From NCBI RefSeq assembly GCF_009914755.1, contig NC_060927.1: a DNA stretch of 64,000 bases, one strand, 5' to 3'. The notes beneath the pieces were generated by a model. It did no database searches. It was not told where the DNA came from and saw nothing but the letters and a program-made list of their open reading frames with translations. Source of the DNA: the human T2T-CHM13v2.0 reference genome, Homo sapiens. Position 1 is the first letter of the stretch. Every line of letters starts with the position of its first letter. Below, in pieces: positions 20,234-34,577 of this stretch. The position numbers and the translations under genes are program-made.

Positions 20234-23200
20234 CACCAACCAAGAATTTCATATCCTGCCAAACTGAACTTTATAAGCAGATGAGAAATAAAAAATTTTC
20301 CAGACAAATAAATGCTAAGGTAAGGTAAGGCAAGTGATTGTTACCACTATACCAGCCCAAGAGATCCTTAAGGGAGTTCTAAACGTGGAAACGAAAGAAT
20401 AACACCTGCTACCATGAGAACACACATAAGTATATAGCCTGCAGACCCTAGAAAGCAACCACACAATAAAAACTACAAAGTAACCAGCTAACAACTTCAC
20501 AATAGGATCAAACCCATATATTGATATTAACCTTGAAATATGTAACTGGCATAATTGCTCCTACTTGAAAGGCACAGAATGGCAAGTTGGATAAAAACAA
20601 ACAAGACCTATCCATCTGCTATCTTCAAGAGACTCATCTCACACATAATGACACCCATAGGCTCAAAGTAAAAGGTTGGAGAAAAATCTACCATGTAAAC
20701 AGAAAACAAAAAAGAGTGGGGGTTGCTATTCTTATGTCAGATAAAGCAGACTTTAAACCAACAACAGTAAAAAAAAAAAAAAAAAGGACAAAAGGGCATT
20801 ACATAACGGTAAAAGGTTCAATTCAACAAGAAGACTTAACTAAATATATATGCACCCACATTAGAGTAGCTAGATTCATGAAACAAGTGTTTCTAGATCT
20901 ATGAAAAGACTTAGGCACATAATAATAGTGACTTCATAATAATAGTGACTTCAGCACTTCACTGACAGCATTAGACAGATCATCAAGGGAGAAAACTAAC
21001 AAAGAAATTCTGGACTTAATTTCAACACTTGACTTATTGGACCTAATGGATATCTACAGAATACCCCACCCATCAACCACAGAATATACATTCTTTTCAT
21101 CTGCACATGGAGCATACCGTAAGATTGACCACACACTTGGACATAAAGCAAGTTTTAATAAATTCAAAAAAATCAAAATCATACCAACCATACTGGACCA
21201 CAGTGAAATAAAAACAGAAATCAATACCAAGAAGATTTCTCAAAACCACATAATTACATGGAAATTAAACAATCTGCTCCCAAATGACTTTTGGGTAAAC
21301 AAAATCAAGGCAGAAATTTTAAAAAATCCTTGAAATAAATGAAAACAGAGACACAACATATCAAAATCTCTGGGACGCAGGAAAAGCAGTGTTAAGAGGA
21401 AAGCCTGTAGCACTAAATGCCTACCTCAAAAAGTTAGAAAGATCCCAAATTAACAATCTAATATCACACCTAGAGGAACTAGAAAAATAAGAACAAATTA
21501 ACCCGAAAGCTAGGAGAAGAAAAGAAATAACAAAAATCAGAGCTGAACTGAACAAAGTTGAGACCCAAAAAATTATACTAAGAATCAACAAAACCAAGAG
21601 TTGTTTTTTTGTAAGGACAAACAAGATTGATAGACACTAGCTACATAAAAAAGGAAAGGCTCAAATAAGCACAATCAGAAACAGCAAAGGTAACATTACA
21701 ATTGATTCCCCAGAAACATACAAGATCCTCACAAACTATTATGAACATCTCTACACAAAGAAACTAGGAAGTCTAGAGGACATGGATGAATTCCTGGAAA
21801 CATACAATCTCCCAAGATTGAATCAGGAAGAAACTGAAACACTGAAAAGACCAATATTGAGTTCTGAAACCAAATCAGTAATTTAAAACAAACCTATCAA
21901 ACAAAATACCCCCAGACCGAATGGATTCACAGCCAAATTCTAACAGACATACAAAGAAGAGCTGGTACCAATACAACTGAAATTATTTCAAAAAATTGAG
22001 AAGGAGGAACTCCTCCCTAACCCATACTATGAAGCCAGCATCATCCTGACATCAAAACTGGGCAAAGACACAAAAACAAAAACAAAAAAACTACAGATCA
22101 ATATCCCTGATGAACATAGACACAAAAATCCACAACAAAACACTAGCAAACCAAATTCAACAGCATATCAAAAAGTTAGTTAATTCACTATGAACAAGTA
22201 AGCTTCACTCCTAGGATACAAGTTTGGCTCCACACATGCAAATCAACAGATGTGACATAAACAGAATTAAAAACAAAAGGCATATATGTTAGTTCCGTTT
22301 CACACTGCTGTACAGAACTACCTGAGACTGGGTAATTTATAAAGAAAAAAGGTTTAATTGACTCAGTTCTGCATGGCTAGGGAGACCTCAGGAAACTTAC
22401 AATCATGGCAGAAGGCTAAGGGGAAGCAAGGCACATCTTTCCAAGGTGAAGCGGCAGACACAGAGTAAGCAAGAGAAGAAGTGCCACACTTTAACACCAT
22501 CATATCTTGTGAGAACTCACTCACTATCATGAGAACAGCATGAGGGAAACCGGCCCCCATAATCCAATCACCTCCCACCAGGCCCCTCCTCGTGCATGTA
22601 GGGATTAAAATTCGAGATGATTTGAGTGGGGACACAGAGCCAAACCATATCACCATATGATCATCTCAATAGACACAGAAAAAGCTTTTGATAAAATCAA
22701 GTATCCCTTCATGATAAAAACTAGGCATTGAATGAACATACCTCAAAATAATAAGAGCCATCTACGGCAAACACACAGCCAACATCATACTGAACAGGCA
22801 AAAACTGGGAGCATTTCTCTTGAGAACTGGAGCAAGACAAGGATGCCCACATTCATTAATCCTATTCAACATAATTCTGGAAGTCTAGCCTGGGCAATCA
22901 GGCAAGAGAAAGAAATAAAAGGCATCCAAATAGGAAAAGAGGAAGTCAAATTATTTCTCTTCACTGATGACATGATTCCATACTTAAGAAACTCTAACTA
23001 CTCCACCAGAAAGCTATTAGAACTGATAATTTTAGCAAACTTCCAGACTACAAAGCCAATGTACAAAAATCAGTAGCATTTCTATACACCAATAATATTC
23101 AAGCTGAGAGCCAGATCAAGAATGCAATCCCATTTACAATAGCCTGAAAAACATAAAATACCTAGGAATACACCTAACCAAGGAGGTGAAAGATCTCTAC

Positions 23201-24440
23201 AAGGAGAACTACAAAACACTGCTGAAAGAAATCACGGACGACACCAACAAATGGAAAAACATTCCATGCTTATGCATTGGAAGAATCAATATCATTAAAA
23301 TGGCCGTACCGCTCAAAGCAATCTACAAATCTAATGCTATTCCTATCAAGCTACCAACATCATTTTTGGTAAAAATGAAAATTTTCACCAAAGAGAATTT
23401 TGGAGAGTTGGAAAAAAAAACTGTGCTAAAATTCATACGGAACCAAAAAAGAGCTCAAATAGCCAAAGCAATTCCAAGCAAAAAGAACAAAGCTGGGGGC
23501 ATCACATTACCCTACTTCAAGCTATACTATAAAACTACAGTAACCAAAACAGCATGGCACTGGTACAAAAACAGACACATAGACCAATGGAACAGAATAG
23601 AGAATTCAGAAATAAAGCCACACACCTACAGCCATCTGATCTTTGACAAAGTTGACAAAAATAAGCAATGGAGAAAGGGCTCCCTATTCAACAAATGGTG
23701 CTAGGATAGCTCTCTAGCCATATGCAAAAGAATAAACTGGACCCCTACCTCTCACTATATAAAAAATTAACTCAAAATAGATTAAAGATTTAAATGTAAG
23801 ACCTCAAACTGCAAGAATCCTAAAAGGAAACCTAGGAAACACCATTCTGGAAATGGGCCTTGGGAAATAATTTATGACTAAGTCCTCAAAAGCAATTGCA
23901 ACAAAAACAAAAATTGACAAGTGGGATCTAATTAACTAAAGAGTTTCTGCACAGCAAAAGAAACTATCAACAGAGTAAATGGACAACTTATAGAATGGGA
24001 GAAAATATTCACAAACTATGCATCAAACAAAGGTCTAATATCCAGAATCTGTAAGGAACTTAAACAATTGAACAAACAGAAAGCAAGTAACCCCATCTTA
24101 AACTGGACAAAAGACATGAGCAGATACTTCTCAAAAAAAGACACACAAATGGCCAAAAAACATATGAGAAAACGCTGATCATCACTAATCATTAGATAAA
24201 TGCAAATGTAAACTACAACGAGATGCCATCTCACACCAGTCAGGATAGCTATTATTCAAAAGTCAAATAACAACAGATGCTGGAAAGACTGTGGAGAAAA
24301 AGGAATGCATTTACACTGTCGGTGGAAAGTTGTTTGCAGATTTCTCGAAGAACTAAAAATAGAACTGCCATTTGACCCAGCAATCCCATTACTGGGGATA
24401 CATCCAAAAACAAAAAATCATTTTACCAAAAAGACACACC
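20234..24440 (+). mobile_element. Degenerate primate L1 (old L1PA/L1PB type): ORF1 end and most of ORF2, interrupted by THE1
   Basis: ORF fragments give endonuclease (ICYLQETHL, YTFFSSAHG, DHS) and RT (LFTDDMI, KWKNIPC) motifs with many stops and frameshifts. Confidence 0.95.
22285..22652 (-). mobile_element. THE1D-like solo LTR
   Basis: Reverse THE1 sequence ending gagccaaaccatatca; 5-bp TSD gcata/ccata. Confidence 0.88.
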
Positions 24441-24830
24441 TATGTGACAGAGGCAATATTTTTGGAGATAAAATCTGAGAAGTTTTCAAAATTAAGGTAT
24501 AAATTTTCAGATAAAAAGATCATTCAGCATCCAAAGTGGGAATAAAACAAATTATTAATCCATTATAGTGAAATGAGAGATCAAAAACAATAAGAAAACC
24601 TTAAAGACATCCAAAAAGAAAACAGATTATCTCAAATGGAACTGAAATTCGGCTGACAGCACTTATTATCAGCAACAAATAAATGCCAAAAGACAATTTA
24701 ATATCTTCAAAGTGCTGAAGGGAAATAACTGCCAGTGTTGAAACCTATACCAACTAGATTCTTAGTCAAGAGTGAGAATAAAATAAAATGTACCAGTTGG
24801 GGTCGAACCAGATAAGGAGAACCAGTAGGA

Positions 24831-24833
<3 letters not shown>

Positions 24834-24893
<60 letters not shown>
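24834..24893 (+). repeat. (GA)30 microsatellite
   Basis: Perfect dinucleotide run. Confidence 0.98.
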
Positions 24894-24896
<3 letters not shown>

Positions 24897-26080
24897 TTGT
24901 CAGAAATAATTGGTTTACACAACCGTGAAGGCTGGGAAGATCACAAACAGGCTGGAACTTCATGGACAGGTGCTGAAGCTTATTGTCCACAGATGGCAAT
25001 CAGGAAATCAAGATTCAGGGAGAAGGGAGAGAGCCATTGCAGACTCATAACTGTTCAGAGTCTCCCACACAGGGAATGGCTAGGCCTTCCAAATGATGTC
25101 TTCACAGCAGTACCTAAATTAGTTTACTTGAATAGCTGAGAAGTGTATATACTGGAAAATGGCTAGTATCTCTCTTCCATCCTCCAGCTCTTGGAGGAGA
25201 ATATTCCTTGTAGCCCACCATAACTGGAAACATTCTGTAAAGGAGATTCTGGGGATTGTAGTTCAGTCTAGCCAAGTTGCCTCCCATTGGCAATCCAACC
25301 ACGAGGCAGTTGGCAAGAGAGCTTAGGTGATGCAACTTGTGGGCCAGAGCAGGGAGAGAAGGGTGGAGAATGTGCACAAAGGACATAGCAGTATTTATGT
25401 CTGACAGAAAGGACTTTAAGATCAAAGCATTATTAGGAGTGAAAAGGAGCATTGCTAATGATAAAAGGAGTAGTTCACCAAGAAGATATAACAATACTGG
25501 ACCTATACAAATCTAACAAAATAAGCTTTGATATTTAAAGGAAACATCACAGGAGTTATAAGGAAACACCCACAAATATACTACCATAGTAGAAGGTTAT
25601 AACAAAAATCTCCCAGAAAGTGATGGATTCAAATGACAAGAATTTTCTGTCTATAGAAAGTACAAACAACCCAGTAAGTTTCATATAGTGAACATATTTA
25701 GAATTCTACTCCCAATAATTAAGAACATACAGTGTAACTGAAAACCATCTAAATGTCCTTCAGCTGGTGAATGGATAAACAAACTGAGTACCATTCAGCA
25801 ATAAAAAGTAAATGAATTGTTGATACATGCAACATGAATGAATCTCAAATGCATTATGCCGAGTGAAAGAAGCCAGACTCAAAGGGTCACATATTATATG
25901 ATTCCATTTATATAATATCTGAAGGAGGCAAAAATTAAAGGAACAGAAAACAGATCATTGGTTTCCAGGAAGGTAGGGAAGTGGTTGACTACAAAACAGC
26001 AGTCCAAGGGAATCTGTTTTGGGGGGGCATTGAAAATGTTCTGCCAGCCCAGGCAACATGGCAAAACCCTGTTTCTACTA

Positions 26081-26233
<153 letters not shown>

Positions 26234-26635
26234 TCACAGGTGTGAGACCCCAAGAAAGAAAGGAAGGGAAGGGGAAGGGGAAGAGAAAGAAAGAAAAGGT
26301 TCTGTATCTTGATTGTGGTGGTGGGGTGGTGGTTACATGACTCTCTGCATCTGCAAAAACTCACAGGACTGTACACCAAAAAACAGGGAAGTTTTCTGCA
26401 TACAAACACGTTTTTAAATTAAATGTTAAAAAGTCTTTTCAAGCTCAATAAAATAACTACAAAATTGACCGAGAACAGGATCACAAAGAATGTCTTAAGA
26501 ACTATCAAATGTCAACACCTCAAACCCCAAATTTTCTAACTATGGCACAATAAAACTCCCAATCAGTTATAAAAATTTAGTTCCTGAATCTTCTACTTTT
26601 GGAAACCAAAAAAATACTTTGAAATAATTCAAGAA

Positions 26636-26938
<303 letters not shown>

Positions 26939-28403
26939 AAATAATTCAAGAAGAAATCACAATAGAAATCATCAAATATTTAGAACGGAATAATAACAAA
27001 AGTATTAAATATAAAAATTTGTTGAGCATAGCTAAAGCAGCACTTGGAATAAACAGCATAGTCTTAGATGCGTATATGAAATACAGAAATTTAAAAAATA
27101 ATAAGCCAAGTGTTTTGCTCAAGAAGCTAGAAAAAGGACAACAAAAATATTTTTTAAAATAGAAAGAAGAAAATAATACAAATAAGAATAACATTAGCCA
27201 TAATTGCAAACGAAGGCACAACATAGAGAGGACTGTTAATAAAATGACAGTAGAATTGTGGCTGAGAGCCAGACAAAAAAACTATGAAAATAATACAGAA
27301 TCCAAACAGGTGGAAAAGAGATAAATTGAAGCCAGTCAAGTGGAGAAGGAAATTAGGTGTATTCCAGCTAGGAGTATAGAATTTCATTTCCCCAAATCAG
27401 GAGATAAAAACTGGAAAGTGATTACTATTAATATTGGTGCCCAGGGAACATGTGAGGCACTTGTTTATAAACTCATTCCCACTGAAGGGCTTTGGCTGGA
27501 CCTGCCCATGCCTGCTTGGTCCCAGGAAAAGACAGAGTCCAATTCTTAAAAAGGGTTTAGTGTGCGCCCATCTGTGCTTGGGTAGAAATTGACTTAATAC
27601 AGAAGTTCTCAGGAACCCCAAAAGCATTTATTTCCATGAAGTTTAGTTCTCAATATTTAATGCATTAGAGTTAAAAACTTTATTCATTTAAAAATAAAAA
27701 TAATAAAACCAATACAACATCATTTGCAAACAATGCAAAAATGAGAACAATCAAAATATCCACAAATAGGGAAAACCATTAGTGAACTGTAGTATATTTA
27801 TATAATAGAATACTATACAGCCTATTTTAAACTAAATCTATAAATATTATCATGGATAAATCTCAGGAAAAAACATTTTGAGTGAAAAAGACACGTGGCC
27901 AAAAAAGTGGAATATACAATATCATGTATGTAAATTTTTTAAGGCAGGAAAAAATTAATTGGTAGAAGCAGATCTCTGAATGCCAGGCTGCCTTTGAATT
28001 TATTCCAGTAGGCAGTAAGAGATCACTGTTGAATGAACGAGTCATAAAAAGAGTTTGAGCAGGGAACCACATAACTTGACCTTTTCTATAAGGAGATCAG
28101 TCCTGCAGGGTTCTTAGTCTAGGGGCCATATAGAGAATTCAGGGGGTTGTGTCCTTACATGTGGAAAAAATACATCTTTGTTTATAGAAAATGTAATGTT
28201 TCCTTCAATTATGAACACAGGTAATGAAGCACAATATTAGCAAGACCTATGCCATTGTCTCCAATAGAAATCACACATGTTTTCATGTCACATTATAGTT
28301 GTGATGGATGTCTTTAAATATTCTTTATGTTCATCACACTTTAAAATGAGAGTGGAAGTTAGACCTGCTTCTGGATCTCATTATGTAATGATTTAATAAA
28401 GAA

Positions 28404-28405
<2 letters not shown>

Positions 28406-28460
<55 letters not shown>

Positions 28461-28481
28461 TATATATATGTATATATATAT
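28406..28481 (+). repeat. Compound (TA)~21(CA)6(TA)n microsatellite
   Basis: Direct reading. Confidence 0.95.
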
Positions 28482-28503
28482 GTTAAACCACAAATTTGAT
28501 TTT

Positions 28504-28868
28504 TGATATGGTTTGGCTGTGTCTCCACCCAAATCTCATCTTGAATTATAGCTCCCATAATCCCCATGTGTCATGGGAGGGACCCAGTGGGAAGTAACTG
28601 AATCATGGGGGCGGATTTTTCCCATGCTGTTCTCATGATAGTGAACAAATCTCATGAGATCTAATGGTTTTATAAAGGAGCATTCCCCTGCACATGCTCT
28701 CTTGCCTGCTGCCATGTCAGATATGATTTTGCTCCTCATTCACCTTCAGTCATGATTGTGAGGCCTCCCCCACCATGTGGAACTATGAGTCCATTAAACT
28801 TCTGTTTTTAAATAAATTACCCAGTCTTGGGTATGTCTTTATTAACAGAATGAGAACAGACTAATACA
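28504..28868 (+). mobile_element. THE1C-like solo LTR
   Basis: TGATATGG...CTAATACA termini; perfect 5-bp TSD ATTTT (28499-28503, 28869-28873). Confidence 0.92.
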
Positions 28869-29369
28869 ATTTTTAAAACATTTTGAAATGAATTTAATAT
28901 AAAGAATTCCTGTGTAATTCTGTTTCATTTTATATATTTAATAACATGTTTTGAGAACATCTATCAGCTTAACCAGACTGCCAAAGGGGTTCATTGTAAA
29001 AAATGGTAAAAACTAAGTAAAATGGCAAAGAATGGGAAGAAGCCTGAACAGACCAATAACAAGTAACAAGATTGAATAATAAAAAGTTTTTCATCAAAGA
29101 AAAGTCCAGGACCTGATGGTTTTACTGCTGAATTCTACCAAACATTTAAAGAACTAATACCAATTATTCCCAAACTATTCCAAAAAATTAAAGAGCGAAT
29201 TCTTCCAAACTCATTCTATGAGGCCAGCATTACCCTGGTATGAAAACCAGAGCGAAACAACAACAAAAAAGAAAACTACAGGCCAATACCTCTGATCAAC
29301 ATAGATGTTAAAATTTTCAACAAAACGCTGGCAAACCAATTCAACATCACATTTAAAAGATCATTCACC

Positions 29370-29439
29370 TGTATACATACGTAACTAAACCTGCACGTTG
29401 TGCACATGTACCCTAAAACTTAAAGTATAATAAAAAAAA
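29370..29439 (+). mobile_element. Tiny young L1PA 3'-end insertion
   Basis: tgtatacatacgtaactaaacctgcacgttgtgcacatgtaccctaaaacttaaagtataat + A-tail; 15-bp TSD aaaagatcattc(a/c)cc at 29355-29369 and 29440-29454. Confidence 0.93.
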
Positions 29440-30059
29440 AAAAGATCATTCCCCATGATCGAGGAAGACTCATCCCAGGGATGCAAAGATGGTTCAACAT
29501 ATGTAAATCAATAAGCATGACACACCACACTAATAGAATCAAAGACATAAACCATACGATCATTTCAATAAACACACAAAAAAGCATTTGATAAAATTTG
29601 ATATCATTTCATGATAAAAACTCTCTACAATCTAGGTATAGAAGGAATGTGCCTCAACACAGCAAAGGCCATATATGACAAACTCACAGCTAACATCATA
29701 CTTAACAGGGAAAAGTTGAAAGCTTTTCTTATGAGATCTAAAAAAAGACAAGAATGCTCACTTTCAACAATTTCATTCAACATAGCACTGAAAGTTCTAC
29801 AGATCAGTTAGGCAAGAGAAAAAAATAAAGGGCAACCAAATTGGAAAGGAGGAAGACAAATTATTCCTGTTTGTGGACAACATAATTTTATACATAGAAA
29901 ACCCTAAAAACTTCACAAAAAACTGTTGAAACTAATAAACAAATTCAGTAAAGTTGCATGATATAAAATAAACATACAAAAATTAGTAGCATTTCAATAC
30001 ACCAATAGTGAACTTTCAGAAAAAGAAATCGAGAAGCAATCCCACTTACAAAAGCTACC

Positions 30060-30210
30060 AAAGAGAAGAAGAGAAAGGCAGGCGGGAGGGAAGGAAGGAA
30101 GGAAGGGAGGAAGGAAGGAAGGAAGGAAGGAAGGAAGGAAGGAAGGAAAGGGAAGGGAAGGGAGGGGAGGGGAGGGAGGGAGGAAGGAAGGAAGGAAGGA
30201 AGGAAGAAAG
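30060..30210 (+). repeat. Purine-rich (GGAA/GGGA) tract with (GGAA)10 at 30109-30148
   Basis: Direct reading. Confidence 0.95.
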
Positions 30211-30477
30211 GGGCTCAGGCCTGTAATCCCAACACTTTGGGAGGCCAAGGTGGCAGATCATCTGAGGTCAGGAGTTCAAGACCAGCCTGGTCAACATGGC
30301 GAAAACCCATCTCTACTAAAAATACAAAAATTAGCCGAGTGTCATGGTGGGTGCCTGTAATCCCAACTACTCGGGAGGCTGAGAAGGAGAATCACTTGAA
30401 ATCAAAAGGTGGAGGTTGCAGTGACCTGAGATTGTGCCACTGTACTCCAGCCTGGGTGATAGAGTGAGACTCTGTCA
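30211..30477 (+). mobile_element. AluS between two purine tracts
   Basis: Alu body with the first bases and tail replaced by simple repeats. Confidence 0.93.
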
Positions 30478-30697
30478 GAGAAGAAAGCAAGAGAAGGAAG
30501 TAAGGAAGGAAGGGAGGGAGGGAGAGAGAGAGAGAGAGAGGGAGAGAGAGAGAGAGAGAGGGAGGGAGGGAGGGAGAGAGAGAGAGACAGAGAGAGAGAG
30601 AGAGGGAGGGAGGGAGGGAGAGAGAGAGAGAGAGAGAAAGAAAGAAAGAAGAAAGAGAGGAAGGAAGGAAGGAAGGAAGGAAGGAAGGAAGGAAGGA

Positions 30698-30761
<64 letters not shown>

Positions 30762-30766
30762 GAAAG
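30478..30766 (+). repeat. Compound (GGGA)/(GA)/(GGAA)10/(AAAG)~16 tract
   Basis: About 290 nt with only three pyrimidines; (GGAA)10 at 30659-30698. Confidence 0.95.
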
Positions 30767-31694
30767 CAAGCCTAGGAATAATCTTAATTAAGGAAGTGAA
30801 AGTTTTATACAATGAAAACTGAAAAACATTAGTAAAAGAAACTGAAGAAGACACAAATAAATGGAAAGATATCACATGTTCATGGATTTGAAAAGCTAAC
30901 ATTGTTAAAATGTCCATACTATACAAAGCAATCTATAGATTCAATGCAATCCCTATCAAAATATCAATGATACTCTTCACAGAAATAGAAAAAAACAATA
31001 ATAAAAATATTTGTATGGCACCACAAAAGACTTTGAACACCCAAAGCAATTTTAAGCAAAAAGAACAAAGCTGGTGGCATCACATGACCTGATTTCAAAA
31101 TATACTGCAAAGCTATAATAATCAAAACAGCCTGGTACTGGCATTAAAAATAGACACATAGGCCAATGAAACAAAATAGGGAACACAGAAATAAATTCAC
31201 GCACTTACATACACATTTATAGCCAACTGATTTTTGACAAAGAGCCAACTGATTTTTGACAAAGATGCCAAGAAGACACACAGAGATATCAGAGGGGAAA
31301 AAAAAACAGCATTTTTAAATAAATGGTCCTGGGAAACTGGATATCCACATGCAGAAGAATGAAACTAAACCCTTCTCTCACCATATACAAATATCAAATC
31401 AAGTGGATTAAAGACTTAAATGTAAGATCTGAAACAATAAAACTACTAAAGAAAACATAGGGGAAATGTTTCATGACATCAGTCTGAGCAAGAATTTTTT
31501 TGGATCAGACCTCAAAAGCACAGGCAACAAAAGCAAAAATAGACAAATGGGATCACATCAAATTAAAAAACTTGTGCACAGCAAAGGAAATAGTCAACAA
31601 AGTGAAAGAATAATCCACAGAATGGGAGAAAATATTTGCAAACTATTCATTTGACAAGGAGATACTATTTAGAACATGTAAGGAACTCAAATGA

Positions 31695-32031
<337 letters not shown>

Positions 32032-33755
32032 AATACAATTTTTAAGTGGGCAAAAAACCTGAGTAGGTATTTCTCCAAAGAAGACATACAAATAGCCAAC
32101 ACATTTATGAAGAAATGCTCAACATCATTAATCATCAGGGAAATGCAAATCAAAACGACAATGAGATATCACTTCACCCGAATTAGAATGGCTATTATAA
32201 AAAAGACAAAAAAATAACAAATGCTGGCATGGATGTAAAGAAGGAGGAACTCTTTATATACTGTTGATGGGAACATAAATTAGTACAGCCATTATGGAAA
32301 GCAGTTTGGAGGCTCCCAAAAAAGTTAAAAATGAAACTAGTATATGATTCAGCATTCCATTGCTAGATATATATCTAAAGGAAATGAAATTAGTATGTCA
32401 AAAAATATCCATACTCTCATGTTTATTGTAGCACTATTCACAATAGCCAAGATATGGAATCAACCTAAGTGTCTGTCACGTAAGTGTCTATCACTATCAA
32501 TGGATGAGTGGATAAAGAAAATGTGGTATATATACACTAGAGAATACTACTTAGCCTTAAAAAGAAATTAAATCCCGTCATTTGTGACAACATGGTTCAA
32601 CCTGGAGACTATTTTGTAAAACGAAATAAGCCAGGCACAGAAAGACAAATACTGCATAATTTCCCTCATATGTGCAACCTAAAAAAATTGATCTCATAGA
32701 AGTAGGTAGAATAGTGGTTACCAGAGGCTGGGGAAAATACAGAGGAGTAGGGCATAGGAAAAGTTTGGTGAACAGGTACAAAGTTACAGTTAGATAGAAG
32801 GAATAAGTTATGATGTTCTATTGCACAGTAGGGTGACTATGGTTAACAATATTATTATGGTATATTTCAAAATAGCTAGAAAAGAGGACTTTTAGTGTTC
32901 TTACTACAAGTAAATGATAAATGTTTGAGGTGATGGGTTTGCTAAATATGCTGGTTTAATTATTACACAATGTATACATGTATCAAAACAACACACTGTA
33001 TCCCATAAATATGTACAATTATTATGTGTTAATTAAAAACAAACAGGAAAACAGAATGGGGGGGAAGGTTGGGGCAGATTCCTGGAAGGCTGTTGCAGGA
33101 GTCTGCAGTCTGATTCTGTGATAAAAGGGCCCAGACAAGGGTATAGTAAGAGGAAAGGACTGAAGTTCTGATACACGAGTGTCTGACTCATTTCCTGCCC
33201 AGGCCCAGTATCTAGCACAGTGCCTGGCACATAGAGGCCACCAAGTCAAATCTGTTAAATGAATAGAAAATGGAACTGGCATGAGAGGCAAGTGTGAAGT
33301 GGAATATACTGGGTTAGTCCAGCGAGTAGGATTATGAGGCTAGGAAGAAGGACGGACCAAAGGCATAGAGGCTGTTGCATCAAACTTAGATACGTTCCAG
33401 TGAAGTCTGAAGCTAGAGCAGGTGCAAGTGGATGGCAGACTTGCAATGTGCCTACCAAAAGTAAAGGGCTCATTTGTCTTCTGAGCCTTTGGATAGCCCA
33501 TAATCACACATTGCTGTTAGTTTTTAATTTCACTGGATCTTGTTCCAGATTTGCTTTTTCTCCTTTATACACGGGCCTCTTGAGCATATTTGTCAGTCCT
33601 CCTGGATGTTGTCCACAAAGTCAAGTTTGGATGAGGCTTTTCCTAGCTCAGAACTTCTATTGCAAGGAAGAGTTTGCCCTACTATATAATACCACCCAGA
33701 CAAGACCTGAATCTAGGGCCAGAATCACAAATTTTTTTCAAAAGCAATTGGATTT

Positions 33756-34577
33756 TATGATGGTTAATTTTACATATCAAGTTGACTAGACTGAGGCAGG
33801 GGGTAAGATATTTGGTTAAACATTATTCTGAGTGTGTCTGTGATGTTGTTTCTGTAAGATTAACATTTGAATCAGTAGCTTGAGTAAAGGAGTTTGCCCT
33901 CCCCAGTGTGGGTACACATCATCCAATCCTATGACGGTTTGAATAGAACAAAAAGTCAGAATAAGCCAGGTACAGTGGCTCATGTCTGTAATCCCAGTGC
34001 TTTGGGAGGCTGAGGCAGGAGGGTTGCTTGAGGCCAGGGGTTCAAGGCCAGCCTGGGCAACATAGCAAGATAGCATCCCTACCAAAAAAAATTTTTTTTA
34101 AATTAACTGGGCATGGTGGTACACACTTGTGGTCCCAGCTACTCAGGAGGCTGAGGGAGGAGGCCAGGAGTTTGAGCTCACGAGTTCAAGGTTGCAGTGA
34201 GCTATGGTTGTGCCACTGCACTCCAGCCTGGGCAAGAGAGTGAGATCCTGTCTCTAAAAAATAAATAAATACTTTTTAAAAGGTGGAATAAGGGAGAATT
34301 CACTGTCTGCCTGCTGTCTTCTAGCTGAGACGCTGGTCATCTCCTGCCTTTTGGCTTGGGCTAAGACTGAAACTTACGCCATCAGCTCTCCTGGTTTTCA
34401 GGGCTTCAACCTCAAATTACAACTATATCCTGGGCTCTCCTGGGTTTCCAGTTTGCTTACTGCAGATTCTTGGGCTTTTCGGTCTCTGTAACCACACAAG
34501 CCAATTTGTTATAATAAATCTATTTACATATATACAGATATACGATTCACTTTCTCTGGAGAACTCAGACTTATACA
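33756..34577 (+). mobile_element. MLT2 (ERVL) LTR with nested AluJ (33964-34271)
   Basis: t(a)tgatggttaatttt...ggttaaacattattctgagtgtgtctgtg start; ttctctggagaactcagacttataca end. Confidence 0.85.

Larger units (their letters stand above)
28106..29015. mobile_element. Charlie4a-like hAT element, interrupted by a (TA)n/(CA)n tract and THE1
   Basis: cagggttcttagtctagggg start; tttccttcaattatgaa...ccaatagaaatcaca; accagactgccaaagggg near end. Confidence 0.8.

Noticed and set aside
20587-23704. Endonuclease/reverse transcriptase ORFs as an active or novel retroelement
   Set aside because: Fragments of a decayed L1 with many stops and frameshifts and a THE1 insertion.
29994-30926. Long S/L/F/P-rich and E/R/K/G-rich ORFs
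   Set aside because: Translations of purine microsatellites and Alu.
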